A model generated the notes under the pieces. That model was not told the DNA's origin. It made no database searches and was given only the letters and a program-made list of their open reading frames with translations. The position numbers and the translations under genes were made by a program. From Octopus vulgaris (Eukaryota), in NCBI GenBank assembly GCA_951406725.2, contig OX597839.1:2914001-2978000 (forward strand): a DNA stretch of 64,000 bases, read 5' to 3'. Position 1 is the stretch's first letter. Each line of letters begins with the position of its first letter. Below, one piece after another: positions 26,963 to 42,145 of this stretch.

Positions 26963-27207
26963 CCCTGCATGGGGTGGATACAGATGTCTTTAAAATGAAG
27001 CTGGATCTCTTCCTGTCAGGTGTCCCAGATGAACCAACTTCACAGCAGGAGTGGCAGATGAGGGCAGCTGCATCGAACTCTCTCATGCACCAAATAGCAG
27101 TTGCTAGAAAGCCCCCATGAAGTGAAACCAAGTAGCAACACCAAATGGCGGTGCCCCAGCATGGCCACAGCTCATAAGCTGAAACTAGAATCAATCAATC
27201 AATCAAT
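26963..27207 (+). mobile_element. 3' stub of the CR1-group LINE
   Basis: Almost identical to about 41901-42145, including the (TCAA)n tail. Confidence 0.93.
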
Positions 27208-27591
27208 CATATATATATATATACATACATACATATATATATACATACATACATATATATATACATACATACATATGTATATACATACATACATATATAT
27301 ATACATACATACATATATATATACATACATACATATATATATATACATACATATATATATATATATATATATGCATATACATACATACATATATATATAT
27401 ACATATATATATGCATATACATACATACATATATATATATACATATATATGCATATACATACATATATATAATATATACATATATATACATACATACATA
27501 CATATATATATATATACATACATATATATATACATACATATATATATATATACATATATATATATACATACATATATATATATATACATAC

Positions 27592-27622
<31 letters not shown>

Positions 27623-27728
27623 CATACATATATATATATACACATACATATATATATATACATACATATATATATATACATACATATATATATACGTATA
27701 TATATATATACATATATATATATATACG

Positions 27729-27764
<36 letters not shown>

Positions 27765-27812
27765 CGTATACTAAGCAATTAAGGGTTTAGCAACGAATTG
27801 CCTCACCAACAC

Positions 27813-28468
27813 ACCGAATTTAGAAATAGCAGATAAAGAGATATAGCTATTCCTTCTACTAAAAGGGAGATCTCAGTAAAAACACAGCACTTGAAAGGCA
27901 AACACAGACAGGTAAGAAAGAATGAAATGACGGCAATCTATCATACAATTAATTGGAATAATTATTAATTACACCAAGTAGATTTCGGCATGTAAAAGCC
28001 TCATAATTAATTTCACCCTTTATTGTTACTGATAACCATTTTATCCCAGTAAATGACCACAGCATCTTGTCTTGGCTACACGCGGGTGGAAGGGGGCTGG
28101 TGACACAAACTTTCATTCACACTTTGAATTTCGTGGTACTGGTAATGCTTTGACTCGCTCTGACACTGAGTTGAGAAAATGCCTTCTAGTATCTCAAAAT
28201 TTAATATACAATTATTCATAATTGTAGTATCCTACGCCGATGAGAAAAGAAGTTTGGGTAAGGTAGAATTTTCTAATTCTTATGCTTTCCTAAAACTTGA
28301 TTTCGAAACGTACGTCCGTAGGTAACTTAAAATTGTATGATAGATTGCCGTCATTTCATTCTTTCTTACCTGTCTGTGTTTGCCTTTCAAGTGCCGTGTT
28401 TTTACTGAGATCTCCCTTTTAGTAGAAGGAATAGCTATATCTCTTTGACTGCTATTTCTAAATTCGGT
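27813..28468. mobile_element. Penelope-like remnant: 138-bp inverted arms (27813-27950, 28331-28468) around a hammerhead
   Basis: Arms are near-perfect reverse complements; the hammerhead lies immediately 5' of the right arm. No ORF recognised, so the Penelope call is inference. Confidence 0.65.
28231..28322 (+). ncRNA. Type I hammerhead ribozyme motif (minimal, palindromic stem III)
   Basis: cctacg CCGATGA gaaa...tttc GAAA CGTACG TC cgtagg: perfect 6-bp stem I, GUC triplet, U4>C core variant. Confidence 0.8.
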
Positions 28469-28490
28469 ATATATACGTATATATATATAC

Positions 28491-28521
<31 letters not shown>

Positions 28522-28585
28522 CACATATATATATATATATATATATGCATATATATATACGTATATATATATACATATATATACG

Positions 28586-28619
<34 letters not shown>

Positions 28620-28728
28620 CATACATACATATATACATACATATACATACATACATATATACATACATATATACGTATATATATACATATATACATACAT
28701 ACGTATATATATACATATATATACATAC

Positions 28729-29105
28729 ATCATCATCATCATCGTTTAACGTCCGTTCTCCATGCTAGCATAGGTTGGACGGTTCGACCGGGGATCTCGG
28801 AAGCCAGAAGGCTGCACCAGGCTCCGGTCTTATCTGGCAATGTTTCTACAGCTGGAAGCGCTTCATAACGCCAACCACTCCATGAGTGTAGTGGGTGCTT
28901 TTTATATGCCACCTGCACTGGTGCCAGGCGAGGCTGGCATCGGCCACGGTCAGATTGGAGCATTTTACGTGCCACCGACACGGAAGCCAGTCGAGGCGGC
29001 GCTGGCATCGGCCACGATTCGGATAGTGCTTTTTACGTATCTCCAGTCCAGGGGTCCTCGCATCTGCCGGGTGCCAGTCCTAGGATTGGTTCAATTTCGA
29101 TTCGG
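28729..29105 (-). mobile_element. SINE-like family D, long copy
   Basis: Begins catcatcatcatcgtttaacgtccg (reverse complement of the tail); has internal repeated gcttttacgtgccacc modules. Confidence 0.8.
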
Positions 29106-29485
29106 ATACATACATATATATATACGTATATATATACATACATATATATATATACGTATATATATATACATACATATATATATATACGTATATATATACA
29201 TACATATATATATACGTATATATATATATACGTATATACATACATACATATATATATATACGTATATACATACATATATATATATACATACATACATATA
29301 TATACATATATATATACATATATATATACATATATATATACATACATATATATATACATATATATACATACATACACATATACATACATACATATATACA
29401 CATATACATACATACATACATACATACATACATACGCATATATATACATACACATACATACACATATATATACATACATGCATAC

Positions 29486-29516
<31 letters not shown>

Positions 29517-29585
29517 CATATATATACATACATACATACATATACATACATACATACATATATATACATACATACATACATATAT

Positions 29586-29618
<33 letters not shown>

Positions 29619-29668
29619 CATACATACATATATATACATACATACATATATATACATACATACATATA

Positions 29669-29699
<31 letters not shown>

Positions 29700-29733
29700 G
29701 CATACATACATACATATACATACATACATACAT

Positions 29734-29766
<33 letters not shown>

Positions 29767-29767
29767 T

Positions 29768-30068
29768 ATCACCGTGATCACCGTGACCAACCAGGCTATC
29801 AGATGTTGCTATACATCGCTGGTCACAATGCGCTTCGCATTGTTTTAGCCTTCAAATGACGCCACCTCGCTGGCTAATCGAGCAGGCCAACAGAAGAAAG
29901 AGTGAGAGAAACTTGTGGCGAAAGAGTACAGTAGGGATCGCCACCACCCCCTGCCGGAGCCCCGTGGAGCTTTAGGTGTTTTCGCTCAATAAACACTCAC
30001 AACACCCGGTTCTGGGAATCGAAACCGCAAGTCCGCTGCCTTAACCACTAGGTCATTGCGCCTCCACA
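29768..30068 (-). mobile_element. SINE family C, tail type 1
   Basis: Collinear with 8547-8854. Confidence 0.9.
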
Positions 30069-30209
30069 TATATATATATACATATGTACATGTGTGTATA
30101 TATATATATATACATACATACATATATATATATATACATACATACATATATATATACATACATACATATATATATACATACATATATATATATATACATG
30201 CATTCATAT

Positions 30210-30240
<31 letters not shown>

Positions 30241-30269
30241 CATACATATATATACATACATATGTATAC

Positions 30270-30302
<33 letters not shown>

Positions 30303-30970
30303 CATACATACATACATATATGCATACATACATACATACATACATACACATACATATACATGCATATTAACATGCATACATATATACATGCATACATATA
30401 TACATGCATACATATATACATGCATACATATATACATACATATATATATACATACATATATATATACATACATACATACATATATATATACATACATACA
30501 TACATACATACATATATGCATACATACATACATACATACATATATGCATACATACATACATACATATATGCATACATACATACATACATACACAACATAT
30601 ACATACATATATACATACGTACATACATATACATACATACATATGCATACATATATATATACGTATATACATACACATACATACATACATACACATACAT
30701 ACATACATATACATATATACATGCATACATATATACATGCATACATACATGCATACATATATATATATATACATATATACATGTATACATATATACATGC
30801 ATACATATATATATACATATATACATGCATACATATATATATATACATACATACATATATATATATACATACATACATATATATATATACATACATACAT
30901 ATATATATATATACATACATACAAATATACATACATATATACATACATATATATATACATACATACATAC

Positions 30971-31021
<51 letters not shown>

Positions 31022-31098
31022 CATACATACATACATATATACATACATATATACATACATATATACATACATATATACATACATATATACATACATAT

Positions 31099-31145
<47 letters not shown>

Positions 31146-31190
31146 CATACATATATACATACATACATATATACATACATATATACATAC

Positions 31191-31228
<38 letters not shown>

Positions 31229-31268
31229 ACATACATATATATATACATACATACATATATATACATAT

Positions 31269-33770
31269 AGGTCTCAGGAATGAATCATTGCAAGCAAGTA
31301 CAGGTGGAGTCCCTGCTCAACCTCACCAACGCCTTATTCATGGAGCAAGTTGTACTCAAAGCAACTAGGGCGAATAACATTTTTGATCTCTGCTTCACGA
31401 ACAATATGGACATCATTCATGATGTGAAAGTGACACCGACATTAGTTTCGGATCACAACATAATCGAGCTGTCTATTTTGGGCCAAAAGTAACCAGAGAC
31501 ATACAGCCTAAAGGAAGCACCCGAAATCTCTCCAATCTGAACTTCCACAAAGCAGATTGGAAATCGATCCAAAAAGAGATTCTCAGAGAGGACTGGCCGG
31601 AATGTCTCTCCACACCAGACATTGACATGAAACTAGAATGTTTCATGTCTTCTGTGCAAGCCGTATGCCAGAAACAGGAAGATCCTCATGAGACGACCGA
31701 CGAAGGTTCCAAATCGTTTCAACCAACATCCCAAAAGTAGCGAAACGTCCCGCTTAAAAACAACACTGATCGATAAAAGGCAGCAACAATCCTATGTGAG
31801 GGAGAAAACAGACAAAGAAACCTGGGTTATAAAAAACATTAAATCAAACCCAAAGGCCTTCTTTCATTACGCGAACGAAACAGTCTCAGTACACTACAAG
31901 ATAGGACCCCCTCCTCCAAAAGGATGGCTCCCTCACAGACAATCCAACTAAGATCAGTGAGATGCTGAATGACCAGTTCAAAAGTGTCTTTACCAGCCCG
32001 TTGGAACACAGACAAGTGAACGAACTAGCGGACTTCTTTGCCGCCTCACCTATAACCAGCGAGGCGGTTACAATAGAATGTATTGACATTAGCGAAGAAG
32101 ATGTCCAAATAGCCATAGATGAAGTGGACGCAAACTCAACTGCTGGTCCAGATGGTTTCCCAGCAATCCTCCTCAAAGCGTGTAAGCATGCCCTGGCAAA
32201 ACCCCTCAAGATTCTCTTCCAGAGCTTTCTTACAAATAGCAAACTGCCAAGCAGGCCGAAGGAGGGAATAATATGCGCAATACATAAAGGGGGAAGTAGA
32301 GCAGATGCTAAAAACTATAGGCCTATCTCTCTGACTTCACACATCAGCAAAGTCATGGAACGGATAGTCAAAAAGAAACTAATAGCATTCCTTGTGGAAA
32401 ATAACTTGCTGAGTGATACCCAGCATGGTTTTCGACCAAGTAGGAGCTGCCTGACCCAGCTCTTACAACATTATGACTGGGTGTTGAGGCAGTTACTCAA
32501 CAAATCAAATGTGAACGTAATCTGCCTATTTTTTTCAAAAGCTTTTGACAAGGTGATCATGGTATGACATGCCACAAACTGCGTGACCTTGGTATAGCTG
32601 GAAAACTTAGAATGTGGTTACATGACTTCCTAAAAGATAGGAGTCAGGCAGTAGTGGTTAATGGAGCCACCTCTATGAACACACAAATAGTGAGCGGTGT
32701 TCCACATGGCACTGTCTTGGGACCACTGCTTTTAATAGTGGCCCTCTCAGATATGCCCTCAAATGCCCGGATAGCCACTCTGACAAGCTATGCAGACGAT
32801 ACGAAAGTCTCGCAGAAAATACAGAACCCCAGCCATGTTGCACACCTGCAGCAGGAGTTGAACTCAATCTACAGATGGGCTGAGGATAATAATATGCAGT
32901 TTAATGCTGAAAAATTCCAGGCCCTGCGCTACCAGCATCCAAAACTGAATATTAAACTTACAGGATACACCGGTCCACAGGGAATTTCAATCCCAGAGCC
33001 TAAGTCTGTGAGGGACCTGGGTATCGACATGAGTGATGATACCTCTTTCCAAGTGTACATTACCAGGATGACGACAAAGTGCAGACGACTGGCTGGGTGG
33101 ATCCTAAGAACATTCAGAACCAGAGATAAGGAAACTATGATGGTCCTCTGGCGGACATTCGTCCTCAGTCGCTTGGATTACTGCTCACAGCTATGGTCAC
33201 CCACCAGTGTAAAATTAACAGCGGACCTTGAAGCAATCCAGAGAAGATTCACAAAGAAGATCGTCTCTTTGTAACAGCTCAGCTACTGGGAAAGGTTGAA
33301 ACAGCTAAGACTCTACTCCCTGGAGAGAAGACAGGAGAGGTATGCAGTAATATATGTCTGGAAGATCCTGGAAGGAATTAGGCCAAATTTTGGCATTGTA
33401 AGCTACACCAATGCTAGAACGGGACGACACTGCATAGTGCCAAAGATCCCAGCAATGCCATCACGCTTCAGGATCAGCTTCGGCAACAGCCTGGATTTCA
33501 AGGGCCCACAGCTTTTTAATATTCTCCCAAAGAGTCTGAGGAACTTGCACAAGGTAGATGTAGCGGTTTTTAAATCAAAGCTGGACATCTTCCTGTCAAG
33601 AGTCCCAGATAAACCTAGCTCACGGCAAGAGGTGCAAATGAGAGTAGCTATATCAAACTCCATTCTTCACCAAGTGCCACATATTAGACGAGGTTCTTCG
33701 TAATAACAGTGTAGCACAAGACGGCGGTGCATCAGCATGGTCGCAGCTCTGAGCTGAAACAAGAAAAAAA
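31269..33770 (+). mobile_element. CR1-group LINE, 5'-truncated, ORF2 disrupted (end of AP endonuclease plus RT)
   Basis: NIFDLCFTN and SDHN (endonuclease); [42 protein letters not shown] (RT); stops and frameshifts between the listed ORFs. Confidence 0.95.
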
Positions 33771-33775
33771 CATAT

Positions 33776-33820
<45 letters not shown>

Positions 33821-34955
33821 CATACATACATACATACATACATACACATACATACATACATATACATACATACATATACATACATACATATATACATACA
33901 TATATATACACACATATATATATACACATATATATATACACATATATATATACACATATATATATACACATATATATATATACACATATATATATACACA
34001 TATATATACACATATATATATACATATATATATACATATATATATACATATATATATATACACATATATATACACATATATATATACATATATATATACA
34101 TATATATATACATATATATATACATATATATATACATATATATATACATATATATATATACATATATATACATACATATATATATATACATACATACATA
34201 CATATATATACATATATATACATATACATACATATATACATATATATACATATATATACATATACATACATATATATACATATACATACATATTTATATA
34301 TATACATATACATACATATACATATATATATACATACATATACATATATATATACATACATACATACATATACATATATATATACATATATACATACATA
34401 CATATATACATACATATGTACATACATACATACATACATATATACATACATATGTACATACATACATACATACATATATACATACATATATACATACATA
34501 CATACATACATATATACATACATACATACATATATACATATATATATACATATATATATACATATATATATACATATATACATATATACATACATATATA
34601 CATATATATATATACATATATATACATACATATATATACATATACATACATACATATATATATATACATACATACATACATATATATACATATATATACA
34701 TATACATACATATATATACATATACATACATATTTATATATATACCTATACATACATATACATATATATACATATACATACATATATATACCTATACATA
34801 CATATACATATATATATATATACATATACATACATATACATACATATATATATATACATATATACATATATATATACATATATGCATATATATATACATA
34901 TATGCATATATATATACATATATGCATATATATATACATATATACATATATATAT

Positions 34956-35016
<61 letters not shown>

Positions 35017-35059
35017 CATATACATATACATAGATATACATCTATATATATACATACAT

Positions 35060-35106
<47 letters not shown>

Positions 35107-35417
35107 CATATACATACATATACATACATATACATATATATACATACATATACATATATATGTGCATATATATCTTATATATATACGTATACATACATAT
35201 ACATACATATACATATATATGTACATACATATACATATATATGTACATATATATATATATACATATACATATATATATATATATATACATATATACATAC
35301 ATACATACATATACATACATATACATATATATGTAGGTCCCGGGTTGAGTCGGGGTTAACCACAGTAAATAAGGTACTCAATACATAGCAGAGTAAATTA
35401 ATTTATTTTATAGAAGG

Positions 35418-35468
35418 AGCTTCTACAGGACTAGAACTGTTTCATTCAAAAGAAATCATCAGGAAGCT
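35418..35468 (-). ncRNA. Type I hammerhead ribozyme, canonical core
   Basis: Reverse complement: agcttc CTGATGA t ttc tttt gaa t GAAA CAG ttctagtc CTG TA gaagct. All three stems pair; GUA triplet. Confidence 0.85.
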
Positions 35469-35661
35469 AGGTGACAAGAATAGGTTTGGCATTTATACAC
35501 TTAGGCAGGTTTAAAGGGGTGGTGGTGGTGGACTTTTTGGGGGTAGGCATGGCGCAAACTATCATTCTTAGGGGAGTGGTCAAAGGAATCAGTGATAAAG
35601 TAGATAAAAGAATAAATAGAATAATAGAGTTTAGGTAAATAAGGAGACTCTCACTTATACA

Positions 35662-35719
<58 letters not shown>

Positions 35720-35918
35720 TATAAATATATATATACATACATACATACACACATGCATCCATATACACATGTACATATATATACATTTACATACATCTAC
35801 GTACACACCCATACCCATACATACACACAAATATCTACACACATATATATATATATAAAATAAATAAATATAAAAGAGGATATACACCCCCATACACACA
35901 CACTCACATATCTATCTA

Positions 35919-35960
<42 letters not shown>

Positions 35961-35994
35961 TATATACACACATTCATACACACACTTATATATT

Positions 35995-36028
<34 letters not shown>

Positions 36029-36036
36029 TATATATT

Positions 36037-36074
<38 letters not shown>

Positions 36075-36582
36075 TACATATATATACATATATATATACA
36101 CACACATATATACATACACATACATTTGTATATACATGCACACACATTTCTTCCCTTATTTTAATTTTTATTTTTATATTCATTTTTATTTTTATTTTTA
36201 TTGTTATTGTTTTTATTTGACCTCGGCCATCCAAGCCGACACAGAAGTAGGATTCTCCCAAGTGAGCTTGCCTGGCTGACTTAAAAAACCATTTATTGCC
36301 CCTCTCCCATCCTTTCTATCTATATATACATATATATACATATACATATATATATATACATATATATACACATATATATACACATATATATATACACACA
36401 TATATACACATATATATACACACATATATATACACACATATATATACACATATATATATACATATATATATACACATATATATATACACATATATATATA
36501 CACATATATATACATATATACACACACATATATATATACATATATATATATACATATATATATACACATATATATATACACA

Positions 36583-36645
<63 letters not shown>

Positions 36646-36697
36646 ACATATATATATACACATATATATATATACATACATATATATATATACATAC

Positions 36698-36744
<47 letters not shown>

Positions 36745-36875
36745 TATATATACATATATATATACACATATATATATACACACATATATATATATACATA
36801 TATATATACACATATATATATATACATATATATATACACATATATATATACATATATATATACATATATATATAT

Positions 36876-36962
<87 letters not shown>

Positions 36963-37181
36963 CACATATATATATATACATATATCTATATACATATATA
37001 TATACATATATATATACATATATATATATACACATATATATATACATATATCTATACATATATATATATATATACACATATATCTATACATATATATATA
37101 TATATACACATATATATATATACATATATATATACACATATATATACACACATACACATATATACATACATACATATATAC

Positions 37182-37228
<47 letters not shown>

Positions 37229-37238
37229 CATACATATA

Positions 37239-37279
<41 letters not shown>

Positions 37280-37305
37280 ATATACATACATATATATATA
37301 CATAC

Positions 37306-37340
<35 letters not shown>

Positions 37341-37447
37341 CATACATATATATACATATATACATACATATATATACATATATACATACATATATATACA
37401 TATATACATACATACATATATATATATATATACATACATATATATAC

Positions 37448-37490
<43 letters not shown>

Positions 37491-37648
37491 CATATATATA
37501 CATACATACATATATATACATACATACATATATATACATACATACATATATATACATACATACATATACATATATACATATATATACATACATACATATA
37601 TATACATACATACATACACATATATATATATATACATACATATATATA

Positions 37649-37688
<40 letters not shown>

Positions 37689-38421
37689 CATACATATACA
37701 TACATATATATACATACATACATACATATATATACATACATACATACATACATATATATATACATACATATACATACATATATATATACATACATACATA
37801 TATATATGCATACATACATATATATATATACATACATATATATATATACATACATACATATATATATACATACATACATATATATATATACATACATACA
37901 TATATATATACATACATACATATATATATATACATACATACATATATATATATACATACATACATACATATATATATATACATACATACATACATATATA
38001 TATATACATACATACATATATATATATACATACATACATATATATATATACATACATACATATATATATATACATACATACATATATATATATACATACA
38101 TACATATATATATATACATACATATATATATATACATACATACATATATATATACATACATACATATATATATACATACATACATATATATATACATACA
38201 TACATATATATATACATACATACATACATATATATATACATACATACATACATACATACATATACATACATACATATACATACATACATACATATACATA
38301 CATACATACATATATATATACATACATACATATACATACATATATATATATATATACATACATATATATATATACATGCATATATATATATATACATACA
38401 TATATATATATACATACATAC

Positions 38422-38456
<35 letters not shown>

Positions 38457-38975
38457 CATATATACATACATACATATATACATACATACATATATACATA
38501 CATACATATATATATACATACATACATACATACATACATACATACATACAAAAATACATATATATATACATACATACATATATATACATACATACATATA
38601 TATACATACATACATACATATATATACATACATACATATATATACATACATACATATATATACATACATACATATATATACATACATACATATATATACA
38701 TACATACATATATATACATATATATACATATATATATACATATATATATACATATATATATACATATATATATACATATATATATACATATATATACATA
38801 TATATATATACATATATATACACATTTTGATACATATATATACACATATATATATACATATATATACATATATATACATATATATACACATATATATACA
38901 CATATATATACATATATATACACATATATATACACATATATATATACACATATATATATACACATATATATATAC

Positions 38976-39006
<31 letters not shown>

Positions 39007-40431
39007 CATATATATATACACGTATATATATACATATATATATACACGTATATATATACATATATATATACACATATATATACACATATATATACATATA
39101 TATATATACATATATATATACACATATATATACACATATATATACACATATATATACACATATATATACACATATATATATACATATATATACACATATA
39201 TATACACATATATATATACATATATATACATATATATATATACATATATATACACATATATATACACATATATATATACATATATATACATATATATATA
39301 TACATATATATACACATATATATACATATATATATATACATATATATATACACATATATATACATATATATATATACATATATATACACATATATACAGA
39401 TACATATATATACATATATACATATATATACACATATATATATATACACATATATACACATATATATATATACACATATATATACATATATATACACATA
39501 TACATATATATACACATATATACACATATATATACACATATATACACATATATATACACATATATACATATATATACACATATATATACACATATATACA
39601 CATATATACACATATATATATATACACATATATATACATATATATATATACACATATATATACATACATATATATACACATATATATACATACATATATA
39701 TACACATATATATACATACATATATATACACATATCTATACATACATATATATACACATATATATACATACATATATATACACATATATATACATACATA
39801 TATATACACATATATATACATATATATACACACATATATACATATATATACACATATATATACATATATATACACATATATATACATATATATACACATA
39901 TATATACACATACACATATATATACATATATATACACATACACATATATATATACACATATATATATACATATATATATACACATATATATATACATATA
40001 TATATACATATATATACACATATATATACACATATATATATACATATACATACCCATATATATATACATATACATACACATATATATATATACATATACA
40101 TACATATATATATACATATACATATATATATACATATACATATATATATACATACATATACATATATATATACATATACATACACATATATATATACATA
40201 TACATACACATATATACATATACATATATATATACATACATACACATATATACATATACATATACATACATATACATATATATATACATATATATATATA
40301 CATATACATACATATATACATATATATATATACATATACATACATATATATACATATACATACATATATATACATATACATACTTATATATACATATATA
40401 TATACATATATATACATATACATATATACAT

Positions 40432-42057
40432 ATGGCGGCGACGATAAATTACATCGATATAAAGGAAGACGATGTAATAAAGGCTATAGATGAAATGAAA
40501 AGAGACTCAGCTATTGGCCTCGATGGATTCCCGGCAATCCTCCTAAAAGTATGTAAGAGAGTCTTAGCAAGACCACTGCAGTTCCTCTTTCAGAGCTTCC
40601 TTGCAGCTGGCAAACTTCCAAGAAAACTGAAGGAAGGTAAAATATGCCCTATTCATAAAGGAGGTAGCAGAGCGGAGGCCAAGAACTACAGACCTATCTC
40701 TCTGACCTCACACATCAGCAAGGTCATGGAACGAATAGTCAGAAGGAAACTAATCACCTTCCTTGAAGAAAATGACTTGCTGCCTGACACCCAACATGGT
40801 TTCCGACCAGGAAGAAGCTGCTTAACTCAGCTCCTGCAGCACTATGACTGGGTGCTGAAACAACTGCTCAACCACTCAAATGTGGAAGTCATATATCTCG
40901 ACTTCGCAAAGGCCTTCGATAAAGTCGATCATGGAATGATATGTCACAAACTGCGTGATCTTGGCATAGTTGGAAAACTAGGAGAATGGCTTCACGACTT
41001 TCTGAAGAATAGAAGTCAGGTGGTAGTGGCCATTAGCACGCAAATAGTGAGCGGTGTTCCACAGGGCACTGTTTTGGGACCACTACTGTTCATAATGGCC
41101 CTCTCAGACATGCCCTCAGCCACGCGGAGAGCCACGATCACAAGTTATGCAGATGATACAAAAGTTTCACAGGCAATACAGAACCCTGAAGACACTAAGC
41201 ACCTGCAATATGAGCTGGACGAAATATACAAGTGGGCTGAAAAGAATAGCATGCAGTTCAATGCTGAAAAGTTTCAAGCTTTATACTATCAGCATGCAAA
41301 ACTGAATGCAATACCCAAGGAATACACTGGACCCGGAGGGATTGCAATCCCAGAGGCACAATCAGTGCGTGACCTGGGTATTCACATGAGTGATGACGCG
41401 ACCTTTCATGTACATGTTGATAAACTGACAATAAAATGCAGACGGCTGGCTGGATGGATTCTTAGAACCTTTAGAACAAGAGAACAAGAAACCATGATGG
41501 TCCTCTGGAAGACACTTGTCCTAAGCCACTTTGACTATTGCTCTCAGCTATGGTCACCATCCAGTGTCAAGTTGATCACAGAACTTGAGGCGATCCAACG
41601 AAGCTACACGAAGAAGATAGCCTCTATGCAGAATGTAAGCTACTGGGAAAGACTCAAGAGATTAAAATTATATTCCCTGGAGCGTAGGCGGGAAAGATAT
41701 GCCATAATATACATCTGGAAGATCCTGGAGGGAAGTGTCCTGAACTTTGGCATCGAGAGTTACGCAAATGCCAGAACTGGGCGCCACTCCGTGGTGCCTA
41801 GGACTCCAAACTTGCCATCAAGATGTAGGACAAGATTCTGTGATAGCCTGGGCTTCCGAGGCCCACAGCTCTTCAATATCCTCCCGAAGAACCTGAGAGA
41901 CCTGCATGGGGTGGATACAGATGTCTTTAAAATGGAGCTGGATCTCTTCCTGTCAGGTGTCCCAGATGAACCAACTTCACGGCAGGAGGGGCAGATGAGG
42001 GCAGCTGCATCGAACTCTCTCATGCACCAAATAGCAGTTGCTAGAAAGCCTCCATGA
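40432..42057 (+). CDS. Uninterrupted 541-aa RT ORF of a 5'-truncated CR1-group LINE (no endonuclease)
   Basis: [10 protein letters not shown]...NYRPISLTS...[11 protein letters not shown]...[11 protein letters not shown]...YADD...RKPP*; the upstream part of ORF 38827-42057 is microsatellite. Confidence 0.85.
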   Translation: MAATINYIDIKEDDVIKAIDEMKRDSAIGLDGFPAILLKVCKRVLARPLQFLFQSFLAAGKLPRKLKEGKICPIHKGGSRAEAKNYRPISLTSHISKVMERIVRRKLITFLEENDLLPDTQHGFRPGRSCLTQLLQHYDWVLKQLLNHSNVEVIYLDFAKAFDKVDHGMICHKLRDLGIVGKLGEWLHDFLKNRSQVVVAISTQIVSGVPQGTVLGPLLFIMALSDMPSATRRATITSYADDTKVSQAIQNPEDTKHLQYELDEIYKWAEKNSMQFNAEKFQALYYQHAKLNAIPKEYTGPGGIAIPEAQSVRDLGIHMSDDATFHVHVDKLTIKCRRLAGWILRTFRTREQETMMVLWKTLVLSHFDYCSQLWSPSSVKLITELEAIQRSYTKKIASMQNVSYWERLKRLKLYSLERRRERYAIIYIWKILEGSVLNFGIESYANARTGRHSVVPRTPNLPSRCRTRFCDSLGFRGPQLFNILPKNLRDLHGVDTDVFKMELDLFLSGVPDEPTSRQEGQMRAAASNSLMHQIAVARKPP

Positions 42058-42145
42058 AGTGAAACCAAGTAGCAACACCAAATGGCGGTGCCCCAGCATG
42101 GCCACAGCTCATAAGCTGAAACTAGAATCAATCAATCAATCAATC
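40432..42145 (+). mobile_element. CR1-group LINE, young copy with (TCAA)n tail
   Basis: RT ORF, short 3' UTR with stem-loop cagct-cata-agctg, tail aatcaatcaatcaatc. Confidence 0.95.

Noticed and set aside
33653-40493. Giant ORFs up to 1382 aa rich in Y/I/H/T or M/Y/V/C
   Set aside because: They translate RY-alternating microsatellite, which cannot contain TAA, TAG or TGA; not genes.
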